64,000 bases of DNA. It comes from Acidobacteriota bacterium (lineage in GTDB: Bacteria > Acidobacteriota > UBA890 > WLXD01). The position numbers and the translations under genes were made by a program. A model generated the notes under the pieces. That model was not told where the DNA came from. It made no database searches and worked only from the letters and a program-made list of their open reading frames with translations. Positions 10,517-18,899 of the stretch are shown in pieces. Position 1 is the first letter of the stretch. The number at the start of each line of letters is the position of its first letter. The stretch covers positions 224,001 to 288,000 of the forward strand of contig CAXWPH010000015.1 in the NCBI GenBank assembly GCA_963666055.2, read 5' to 3'.

Positions 10517-10677
10517 TCAGACGATCAGCAGCACGGATCGCCCGACTAGAGAGTCTCTACCGCTTCAATGCCCAACCCTTGGGCAAAACACCGAGCCACT
10601 GAGACAGGACGTGGTATTAACCGTGGGGGCTGGTCAGTCTTCGTCCAGGCTTGAGCACACAGGGGAGTATTCGAGCG

Positions 10678-11373
10678 ATGTTTTTCTTCGATCCGACGTA
10701 TCTGGTGTTCATCCTACCGGGATTGGCTCTGTCGCTCTGGGCAAGCTTCCGCACGAAGTCGGCATTCCGGAAATATTCGAAAGTGCGGTGTGCGCGCCAC
10801 CTCACCGGCGCCCAGGCCGCCCGCCTCATGCTCGACCGCGCAGGGCTGCACGACGTGAGCATTGGGCGGTCACACGGCGTACTCTCGGACCATTACAATC
10901 CGGCCACGCGCCGCTTGGCATTGTCGAAGGACGTCCACGATGCCGCCTCGATTGCGGCGATCGGCGTGGCCACGCACGAAGCCGGCCATGCCATACAGCA
11001 TGCGGCCCACTACGCCCCCCTCTGGCTGCGGAGCACACTCGTGCCCACGGCCAACATCGGTTCGTCGATCGGCTACGTCGTGATGATGATCGGACTGTTT
11101 ATGGCATCGCAGTCTTTGGTGGCCGTTGGCGCGGTCCTGTTCTCGGCGGTCCTTCTGTTCCAGGTGGTGACTCTTCCCGTGGAGTTCGATGCCACCGCTC
11201 GCGCCAAGAAACTCGTGGTGGAGTACGGGATAATCAGTGAGCACGAGCGGGCGGGCATGGACCGCGTGTTGAACGCCGCCGCGCTCACCTACGTGGCCGC
11301 CGTGGTCAGCACGCTCCTGACCCTGCTCTACTTCTTGATGCGGGCTGGCTTGCTAGGCGGCCGGGACGACTAA
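10678..11373 (+). CDS. Membrane zinc metallopeptidase (YugP/Zn_peptidase_2 family)
   Basis: LSDHYNP, VATHEAGHAIQH, TLPVEFDATARA, AAALTYVAA. Confidence 0.93.
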   Translation: MFFFDPTYLVFILPGLALSLWASFRTKSAFRKYSKVRCARHLTGAQAARLMLDRAGLHDVSIGRSHGVLSDHYNPATRRLALSKDVHDAASIAAIGVATHEAGHAIQHAAHYAPLWLRSTLVPTANIGSSIGYVVMMIGLFMASQSLVAVGAVLFSAVLLFQVVTLPVEFDATARAKKLVVEYGIISEHERAGMDRVLNAAALTYVAAVVSTLLTLLYFLMRAGLLGGRDD

Positions 11374-11659
11374 CGGTGCTTTCCGAGTAGGTTGTTCACA
11401 TCGGGGCCTTCTGAGACCAATGGGGTAACCGGGACCAACCTTGGTGTGCCCATTGCGGTGCTGCCACCGCGGATCTTCCGCGTCGGCGCCAGCGTGAGTT
11501 TCTGAGGCGCACCGTGCTGATCTGAGCTGTCGGGTCCGGGCGGGTGGCGGCGTCCCATCGTGTATCGCGGCCTGGCCTCTCGGCTCCTACCTGAGCGAGC
11601 CCGCATGCGCGTCGGCGGGGGAGGTGCAGAACTCGGGATTGGCGGGGCCGATTCCAAGA

Positions 11660-11775
11660 CCCGGTACGAAGAAGCTGCTCCAGGAGAGAAAGCAGATCGA
11701 AGAGGAATTCGGTGACAGTCTTACCTGGCACAACGCCGAGAACGCTCAAGCGTGCCGAGTGTATGTTCAGAGGGG
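11660..11775 (+). pseudogene. DUF4268-like fragment
   Basis: KKLLQERKQIEEEFGDSLTWHNAENAQACRVYVQR; no start or complete domain. Confidence 0.55.
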
Positions 11776-11799
11776 CACCGTGATCCGTACTGCCCTGCG

Positions 11800-12055
11800 G
11801 CGGGCCTCCCGGCGGAGCGCATCCACCAGGAAGAGCTGTCGATCCGCGTCAAGCGCCGCTGCAAGTGGAACGAGCCACAGGCGAATGTCGCTGCCGGCTC
11901 TAGCGCGCCGAACGAGCGCTGGAGCATGGCCTTCATCACCGACCAACTGCACAGCGGCCGCTAGTTCCCCATGGTGACGGTCGTGGATCACTTGACTCGT
12001 GACTGCCCGGTGCTGGAGGCCGGTGTGTCGATGAGCGGGCAACTAGTGGCAACGT
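11800..12055 (+). mobile_element. IS3-family integrase-core remnant
   Basis: EELSIRVKRR...APNERWSMAFITDQLHSGR*FPMVTVVDHLTRDC; internal stop and first catalytic D lost. Confidence 0.8.
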
Positions 12056-12204
12056 GCATAAGCGTCTGTCGGTGCAGCGGCCCGTCACTGAAGGGCTGGC
12101 CGGCGAGTGGACACTCGGTGATGGTCAGCTTCTCGAGTCAGTAGATGGATGCGGCGCGGACTCGGGGCCCTCGGAGCGGCAGCGGGAGTCATTTGCCCGC
12201 CAGC

Positions 12205-12385
12205 TCGACCAGATGTGGTCGATGTGCTCCGCTGCGACCGTGAATCCCGCTTCGGCGCAGGAACGGCATAACGGCTCGTTCCGGAGGATTGCGGAGCGCC
12301 ATCGCTGGTAGCGGCCGCTCGATCGCATCCGGCGGACGACTTCGGGATCTGTCGGTGTTTTTCGGGGTCTCATTCTCGTGGACAT
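12205..12385 (-). pseudogene. HNH endonuclease, 3'-truncated paralog of 7995-8251
   Basis: RYQRWRSAILRNEPLCRSCAEAGFTVAAEHIDHI aligns with RYRRWRAGIPRDEPLCRPCAEAGFTVGAEQLDHI; similarity stops after DHI. Confidence 0.8.
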
Positions 12386-12457
12386 AATATGCTCAAAATT
12401 TTCCGTTGCTTACAAGTCGTAAGGCACTCGACGGTCTAGAGTGGTAGCCCGCCGTTT

Positions 12458-12486
12458 ACTTTGATGCCCCCCCCCCCCCCCCCCCC
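12458..12486 (-). other. cos-like packaging motif, copy 1, with 20-nt G run
   Basis: Minus strand G20-catcaaagt followed by ctctagaccg...gaaaatttt, about 73 nt upstream of the HNH start. Confidence 0.5.
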
Positions 12487-12886
12487 TAAACGACTGTGCC
12501 CTATAGGGTTACGCGGGTGGACGGACGGCGCTAGAGCGCGCGCGAGCGTGGGCCCATAAATGCGTGTTAGGGGCTCGAGATCTCAGCAGCGTGGTGGTGG
12601 CCAGCTGGCGCAGTCGGCGCGCGGTGGTGGCCTCGACGATCGCCCCTGTACCACATGTACCACGTGGTCCTGTTTTGGACGTATGGGCGCGGGCCCCCGT
12701 CGTAGGTGGTGCAATATTCGAGGGCCTGGGGATCTTCTCGCCTAGTGTGGCTCCAGGCGGAGCGCGAGGCCCATAGCGCCCTAAGTGGGCCTCGAGCGCG
12801 TTAGGCGGGCCCGTGGTGGCGCACCACTCGGCGCGGCCGGTGGTGGTGTGCCGATGTGGTGCTCGAGCGCCGGCGCGAACGCCTAA

Positions 12887-13243
12887 TCAGATGGTCTCTA
12901 CCGCCTCGATGCCAGCGGCCTCTAGCAACCGCTTGACCAGCCAGCCGAGTTCCCCGCCATTGTCCTGTGTCAGCGCATCCACGACCGCGCTCTCGTCGTC
13001 GCACACGTAGGCGGCGAAGCAATCGAGCTCGCCGTCCCGACGAGAGCGGCCGACGACGTGTAGCACGAACGGACGCGGGCCGCTCGCCGACGCGCAGCGG
13101 TACAGCGCGAGGCTCGTTGACGCCGAAGCGCTTGCGGTCCGCGCACGATGCGTGGCATCCGCCCTCCGCATCAGCTTCGTGGCATGCAACGCCATGCCTG
13201 CCGACTCTTGCTCTACGTACTCACGTACCGTCAGCGGCGCCAA
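12887..13243 (-). CDS. Hypothetical protein coupled to rep
   Basis: 118-aa ORF overlapping the rep stop, preceded by gaggag; no recognised motif. Confidence 0.5.
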   Translation of the reverse strand: MAPLTVREYVEQESAGMALHATKLMRRADATHRARTASASASTSLALYRCASASGPRPFVLHVVGRSRRDGELDCFAAYVCDDESAVVDALTQDNGGELGWLVKRLLEAAGIEAVETI

Positions 13244-15081
13244 AAACTCCTCGGGCTACAACGTCGTAGGCTCCCAGCTCGGGGACCTCGACCCTCTTCA
13301 CGCTTGGTGTTGGCGCCGAGCGTGCCGAGCGCGGTACCAGTCGACTCGCCTGCGCCGGTAGGCGGTCGCGGCAGTTGTTCGGGCGGCGCTCGGCGGCCCG
13401 CGATCGCTTTGTCCCCGGCAGGCGTGTCGGCGGCGAGTGTGTGTGGGGGAGTACTCCTGTCGGACCGTACCCTCTTCGGGTCATTATGTGTACCCAAAAA
13501 CCTCATGTGCGCCATGGGGAACTCAACGATGCTCCTGTGCTGCATGGGGAACTCGATGATGCACCCGCGCGCAGGCTCGGCAGCCGGAGCATTGGCTAGA
13601 GGACCTGGTGCAAAGCGCCGGCAGCGGTGCTCAAGGCGATCGGCTTCGCGTTCGATCCGGAGCCAGCCGAGGCGCACGGCGCGTTCGATCGCTGGTTTAC
13701 ACCAGCGCGGCGTACCGACCAACGCGCGCAACGTCGAGGCCGGCACGTCGGGTCGCCCTTGCCGGCACCGGGCAAGCGTATAGCCGACGACGCGCCGGAA
13801 CGCGCGCCGCAATGCCCGGTGTGGCATCTCGGCCGCGTCCGCCTCGAGCCGGGAGCGCACGTCGTCAGGCAGCTGCTCGAGCTCGGCTGCGGCGATCTCC
13901 CGGAGCTTGTGAGGCATCGGCATCATGGCCTCGGTCGCGGCGGGGTTGCGCAGCAACTCGGCGCCGCGTGCGTAGGATCTCGTGCAGTCGGCTCGCCAGC
14001 CGCGTAACTCGGCCCACGTGGCGCCCTGGAACGTGATCGCGTCGAAGGCGGTGAGCGTTGCATCCAGGTCGAGGCCCACGGCGTGCGCGAAGTGCCCGAT
14101 GGCGCGGGCGGTTGCATTGCGGTAGCCCGGTTCCACCGATCCGGAGCGCAGCAGTTGTGCGATCTCGCGCGGTCGATCCCAAGCCAGCGGCCCGACGGAT
14201 CCGAAGCGCGGCCGCTCACCGCCCGCGGCTTCCGCGAGCTCGTTCCGCTCGGCGCGTGCCTCGGCCGCGGCTGCGATCGCCTCCAGCGGCGATGGTGCCC
14301 GATTTAGGCAGGTCTCCGCACCCGGACCTGCGGCGAAGGATCCGCGAGTGTCCTGCGCCATCCTCGGGACACGAATCGGACACCTGCGCACCCGGAGCCG
14401 GTCGCAGTTGCCGCGCAGCTTGAGAATCGAGCGCAGCTGCTCGGCAGGCGATTCCTTAAGCTCCGCACCCGTGACAGGGTCGAGCCGGGCGGCGTCAAGG
14501 CCGGCCGGTAGACGACAAGCACCCACCAGGATCTCGCACCACTGCCCCGGCGGCGCCCCCGGCTTGGCGCGCAACAGACGCCGCACGTGCTCGGCCGCCT
14601 CGTCCGCCGGCATCGGCCGATCCAGCAGCACGTATACGTGCATCGATTGCTCGCGGTTGCAACTCGGCCGCGTGGCGAACCACACGGGCACGCCGGCGGC
14701 GCGGATCTCGCGCAGCGCTTCGTGTCGTGTCTCCGGGTCGCAGAGGTGCCGTGGCCCGTCGTAGTCGATCACCAGGTGACGAACGCGCCCACGCGCATCT
14801 TGCAACGGCGCGCCGAGCACCAGCTGGTGCAACCAGTGAGCCGCGGCGAGCGGCGGCAAGATCACCAGCCCACGGTGCCAGGACACTTCCTTGTTCCATT
14901 GGCCGCGACTGTCGCGGATCGTCTGAAAGAACCTCGAGGCCGCCGAGGTGTCGTCGCCGACGTGCGGTACCAGCTGGAGCAGCGCTTCGGTTACCAATTC
15001 CGGCGTCAGCTCCGCGGCGAAGCCCTCCGGCCACCGGTGCGGAAAGCTCGGCAGCCGCGCCAGCACTGCCCGCGGCAGCAC
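13231..15081 (-). CDS. Primase-type replication protein (AEP + PriCT + winged helix); start uncertain
   Basis: HLVIDYD (DxD), SMHVYVLLDRP (His motif), CRLPAG, GYRNATARAIG (PriCT-like), LRALVG...AIERAVRLGWL (wHTH-like); the listed 782-aa ORF wrongly runs through the tRNA. Confidence 0.7.
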   Translation of the reverse strand: MLPRAVLARLPSFPHRWPEGFAAELTPELVTEALLQLVPHVGDDTSAASRFFQTIRDSRGQWNKEVSWHRGLVILPPLAAAHWLHQLVLGAPLQDARGRVRHLVIDYDGPRHLCDPETRHEALREIRAAGVPVWFATRPSCNREQSMHVYVLLDRPMPADEAAEHVRRLLRAKPGAPPGQWCEILVGACRLPAGLDAARLDPVTGAELKESPAEQLRSILKLRGNCDRLRVRRCPIRVPRMAQDTRGSFAAGPGAETCLNRAPSPLEAIAAAAEARAERNELAEAAGGERPRFGSVGPLAWDRPREIAQLLRSGSVEPGYRNATARAIGHFAHAVGLDLDATLTAFDAITFQGATWAELRGWRADCTRSYARGAELLRNPAATEAMMPMPHKLREIAAAELEQLPDDVRSRLEADAAEMPHRALRRAFRRVVGYTLARCRQGRPDVPASTLRALVGTPRWCKPAIERAVRLGWLRIEREADRLEHRCRRFAPGPLANAPAAEPARGCIIEFPMQHRSIVEFPMAHMRFLGTHNDPKRVRSDRSTPPHTLAADTPAGDKAIAGRRAPPEQLPRPPTGAGESTGTALGTLGANTKREEGRGPRAGSLRRCSPRSFWRR

Positions 15082-15379
15082 GGCGCACAGGCCGCCCGTG
15101 AGCTCTGGGTGCTGGTGCTCTAGGTTGCGTAGGCGCCGGTAGCGCGTCGGCAGCCGCGATGGCCAGCACGGAGACAAACCCGCCGCGGGGTTGTCGATCG
15201 CTGCGGCGGCGCCAGGATTCTCATTACGGCTTGGTGTCCAGCATGACCACGATCCAGTCGTTCCTAAACTGGGTCTCTGGTACCCATGAGTTCTTGTCTG
15301 GTATTGTGTCTGTAATTGTATGCACCTTGAGATCGTGTCTTGGTATCTTGTTTCATTGCAACGACTTAGAGAAAATAAG

Positions 15380-15477
15380 TGGCGGAGGGGGTGGGATTCG
15401 AACCCACGTGCCGGGTTTTTACGCCGACAACTCGATTTCGAGTCGAGCGCGTTACGGCCGGACTTCGCTACCCCTCC
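15380..15477 (-). tRNA. tRNA-Ser(CGA)
   Basis: GGAGGGG/CCCCTCC acceptor stem, CTCGA-ctCGAaa-TCGAG anticodon arm, long variable arm, GTGGG-TTCGAAT-CCCAC T arm, encoded GCCA. Confidence 0.97.
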
Positions 15478-15688
15478 GGGCTGGCAGTCGAGCCCGCCTA
15501 GGATAGCATCGGGTGACGTTTTCGCGCCCCGCATCCACGCCCTCGGGTGGCGCGGGAAAGCCTCTAAGAAGCTCCCCATATTTCTTGGTCGCGTCGTTGT
15601 TGCTCGGGTCGATCGCCGGAGCTTTTCCGACTACAACTGGGGCCTGTGGGCAGTGTGGTTAACGCAGCCGGAATAGCGCTTCACTGGC

Positions 15689-16633
15689 TCAGTAGCCGAA
15701 TACCACCATCTGTTCGCCGCGTTGCTCGGTCAGCGACTGGAAGTGCGCCACCAGCCGGTCGCGGCGCTCGAGGAGCGCGGCCAGCTCACCGTTGCTTAGG
15801 TAGTCGCTCACGGCGTCGCTGATTGCCTCGGCTGTCAGGGCTCTCAAGTTGGTCCAGAAGGTACGCTCGATTGCCTGCAGCGGCGTCTCATCGAGGCGCG
15901 TGGATACGCGAAAGGCACGCGAGTGATCGGTGAGCCACACCCGCCAACTCGGGTCGTACAACAGGTTTCTGCGGTTGCGGTCGCCGTTGGCGATGAGCGC
16001 ATCGAAAGTGTTCATCGTCGCGAGCTGCTTGTTCCAGCGTTGCGACGAGGGGTCGACGAGCTGGCGCGTTACGCGCTCCGATTCGCTGAACGATGTTGGG
16101 ATGACGATCTGCAAACTACCCTCGACCGGGCCGATGTGTCGGCTCACCGCCGGTGGCACCTGATGCAACCCGAGCAGGGTGCTCAGCTCGTACGCGGCGC
16201 ACTCGAAAAGGCCGCTGTCGCGGAAGTGCACCTCGCTGCTGCCATCCGCAAATCGTGCCACCCCGAGACGATCCTCGATGCTGCGGAAGACGGCATCGAG
16301 CTCCACGTCGCCCTGCCGAAGGCGGACTAGATAGGTTCCGCGTCCGAACTCATCGGCGTCGTTGAAGGCGATTGGCCGCCCGCCCTCGTCGTAGCGGCTC
16401 CGCGAGACGATCTCGGCGGAGCGTAGGAACTGCAACACGTCGGCGTCCGACTCGAACGGCAGCGGTGTTCCGTCGGCGTCGGTGAGCAGGCGCGTTGGCA
16501 GCTGCGCTGTCGGCGCCCTGCCAAGTGTGGCGACGGGCTGGACGACCGTCGTGGGTAGCAGGCTCGTAGCAGGTGGAAGAGCGAAGAGTCTCGGCGAGAG
16601 GCTCACCGTCGACACGGCGACCGAGAGCGCCAT
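15689..16633 (-). CDS. Exported atypical kinase-like protein (PI3/4-kinase/Fam20-like fold)
   Basis: ECAAYELS, GLHQVPPAVSR, GSLQ, FDALIANGDRNRRNLL, WLTDHSRAF. Confidence 0.7.
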   Translation of the reverse strand: MALSVAVSTVSLSPRLFALPPATSLLPTTVVQPVATLGRAPTAQLPTRLLTDADGTPLPFESDADVLQFLRSAEIVSRSRYDEGGRPIAFNDADEFGRGTYLVRLRQGDVELDAVFRSIEDRLGVARFADGSSEVHFRDSGLFECAAYELSTLLGLHQVPPAVSRHIGPVEGSLQIVIPTSFSESERVTRQLVDPSSQRWNKQLATMNTFDALIANGDRNRRNLLYDPSWRVWLTDHSRAFRVSTRLDETPLQAIERTFWTNLRALTAEAISDAVSDYLSNGELAALLERRDRLVAHFQSLTEQRGEQMVVFGY

Positions 16634-16683
16634 GTATCTCCTGAGACGAAGCGACGATCTCGACGATCGAGACGTCGGACCTG

Positions 16684-18792
16684 CTAGTTGCCCAGGTGCT
16701 CGTTCCACCAGGTCAGCTCCTCGAAGTACCGGTGCACCATGTCCCAGGGACGCCAGCCACCATGATAGGAGTCGGGATAGCGAACCATCCTCGCCGGCAC
16801 CCTCTGCTTGCGTAGCGCCGTATACATCTGCTCACCCTGTTCGATCGGCACGCGGTAGTCGCTCTCGCCGTGAATGATCAAGGTCGGAGTCGAGATGCCA
16901 TCAGCGTGCTTGATGGGCGATTGCTCCCACAGCAGATCGCCGCTGCGTTGTTTCCAGGGCGGTCCATAGAATTCCGACTCCTTGGTGCGCGGAATGTCGG
17001 CGGTGCCGTAGTCGCTGAGCCAGTTGGAGATCCCGGCGCCGGAAATCGCCGCTGCGAAGCGGTCAGTATGGGTGATGATCCAGTTGGTCAGAAAGCCGCC
17101 ATAAGAGTAGCCGGATACTCCCAGACGCTCCTCGTCGATGGCGAAGTTCTGCAGCGCGTAGTCGACCCCCGACATCACGTCTTGGTAGTCGAAGTTGCCC
17201 CAACCGCCCCAGGTGGCCCATAGAAAGTCCTCGCCATATCCGCTGGACCCGCGTGGGTTGGTGTAGAGCACCACAAACCCCTCCTTCGCCCAGAGCTGAA
17301 ACTCCAACGAGTAGCGCTCGCCGAAGGCGCCGTGCGGTCCGCCATGGATATTCAGGATCAGCGGGTAGGGGCCTCCATCCGGTGTATAGCCCGGCGGCAG
17401 GATGACCCAACCCTCGATCGGCGTCCCATCGTTACTGGGGTATTCGATCGGACGAGCGACCCTCGGCGTCGTGTTCGCGATCAGCAGCTCGTTGAACCGA
17501 GTGAGCTGGGTCTCTCCGTTGACTGGCCGCGTCACGTAAAGCTCCGCCGGCGACGTGCTCGTGGTGGAGGTGTAGGCGAAGGTGCGCGGATCAGCGCTGA
17601 AGCTCATGCCCGCGAGCCATCGCCGGCCGTCGGTGAGCTGCTGAATGGCGCCACCGGCAACCGGCACCGAGAAAAGATGGTTCTGGCCGCCGATCCCGCC
17701 GCTAAAGCGGATCATGTCGTCGGCACCGACTTCATGGGCACCGGGTCGGAGGTCCCAAGACGCAGTGAGGTTGCGGGCCTCACCGCCGCCGACATCGAGC
17801 GCGTACAGGTCGGTCGGTGCTCCGCGGCCGCGCTCTGCTTCGATGACTGCGTCGAGCCCCTCGACGCCGCGGTAGACCACCGTCGAGCCGTCGGAGCTCC
17901 ACTGCGGCCGACTGTTGACGAATCCGTCGTTGGTGAGTCGTTCGATACTGCGGGCGAAATCGACCGACCAAAGGTCATGCCGCGGGTAGGTGAACTCGTC
18001 GCGCTGATGCTCGTCGGCAGCGAAGACGAGCCGCTCGTTGTCGGGGTGCCACGCTATGTCGCTGACATCGAAGCCCAGCTGGGTCAGCTGGCGCGCCGGC
18101 CCGCCGGCGCGCGGAACCAGGTACAGCTCGCGCGGCGGTGACGCCAGCGGATCGACCGGGTCGGGGAGGTAGCCGCGGCGGTCGAACCGGTACTGTAGCC
18201 AGTCGTAGATCAGACCATTGAAGCGATCTCGTAGCAGCTGCTCGAGCTCGGAAGCTCGTTCATAGCTTCCACGTCCTGAGCGCGTGCGCGCCGCCGCCTC
18301 GCCGGTTGGCGGGGTAGCCTGCGTATAGGCGATCCAGCGTCCGTCTGGGCTAAAGACCGGGTTGCCCTCGACGCCCTCGATCTGAAACGCTTCGCCGCCC
18401 TGCTGCAAGTCGAGGAACCAGATGCCGCCCGGTACCTCCTGGGTGGCGCCGCGTCCGGAGGTGAATGCGAGCAGCCGTCCGTCGGGGCTCCAGATCGGAT
18501 TACTGGCGTCGAAGGCGGCGCTGGTGAGTCGCCGGGGCGGGGTCACGTCGCGTGGATCGGCAAGCCAGAGCTCGCTCCGCCGCGCATTCTCGGCCTCCAT
18601 GGCCATAGTTCGAACGAACGCCACCGCGCTTCCGTCGGGTGACACGGCGGGGCTGCTCACGCCGACGAGCTCGTAGTAGTCGGTCAAGCTCACGGCGCGA
18701 GTGGCAAACTGGGTGCTGCCATCGGTGCTGATAGAAACAACGGCGCTGATCGCACACGCGATTACGAGAGCCATGCGGTGTCGCCGGATCAT
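16684..18792 (-). CDS. S9-family peptidase (dipeptidyl aminopeptidase/acylaminoacyl peptidase)
   Basis: Signal peptide, PD40 (SPDG) repeats, IHGGP, GYSYGG nucleophile, HGESDYRVP, YPDSYH. Confidence 0.95.
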   Translation of the reverse strand: MIRRHRMALVIACAISAVVSISTDGSTQFATRAVSLTDYYELVGVSSPAVSPDGSAVAFVRTMAMEAENARRSELWLADPRDVTPPRRLTSAAFDASNPIWSPDGRLLAFTSGRGATQEVPGGIWFLDLQQGGEAFQIEGVEGNPVFSPDGRWIAYTQATPPTGEAAARTRSGRGSYERASELEQLLRDRFNGLIYDWLQYRFDRRGYLPDPVDPLASPPRELYLVPRAGGPARQLTQLGFDVSDIAWHPDNERLVFAADEHQRDEFTYPRHDLWSVDFARSIERLTNDGFVNSRPQWSSDGSTVVYRGVEGLDAVIEAERGRGAPTDLYALDVGGGEARNLTASWDLRPGAHEVGADDMIRFSGGIGGQNHLFSVPVAGGAIQQLTDGRRWLAGMSFSADPRTFAYTSTTSTSPAELYVTRPVNGETQLTRFNELLIANTTPRVARPIEYPSNDGTPIEGWVILPPGYTPDGGPYPLILNIHGGPHGAFGERYSLEFQLWAKEGFVVLYTNPRGSSGYGEDFLWATWGGWGNFDYQDVMSGVDYALQNFAIDEERLGVSGYSYGGFLTNWIITHTDRFAAAISGAGISNWLSDYGTADIPRTKESEFYGPPWKQRSGDLLWEQSPIKHADGISTPTLIIHGESDYRVPIEQGEQMYTALRKQRVPARMVRYPDSYHGGWRPWDMVHRYFEELTWWNEHLGN

Positions 18793-18899
18793 GCTGAGCT
18801 CCCCCGGGTTTGTAGGTTCGCGCCCGCCCGGATTATAGGCGAGCCGATCGCAGGAATCCCGGGACCGTGACCGGCCCGGACAACCGAGCCGAGGGAGAG

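Noticed and set aside
1-15379. attR duplicate of the tRNA 3' end or an integrase gene
   Set aside because: Not found by eye in this window; may lie to the left or be deleted
15380-15477. Possible tRNA-Sec because of its 98-nt length
   Set aside because: Anticodon is CGA and the acceptor stem is 7 bp; the length comes from the D-loop and variable arm
15082-15579. N-terminal extension of the 782-aa ORF
   Set aside because: It reads through the tRNA-Ser gene and the att-like region; a chance open frame
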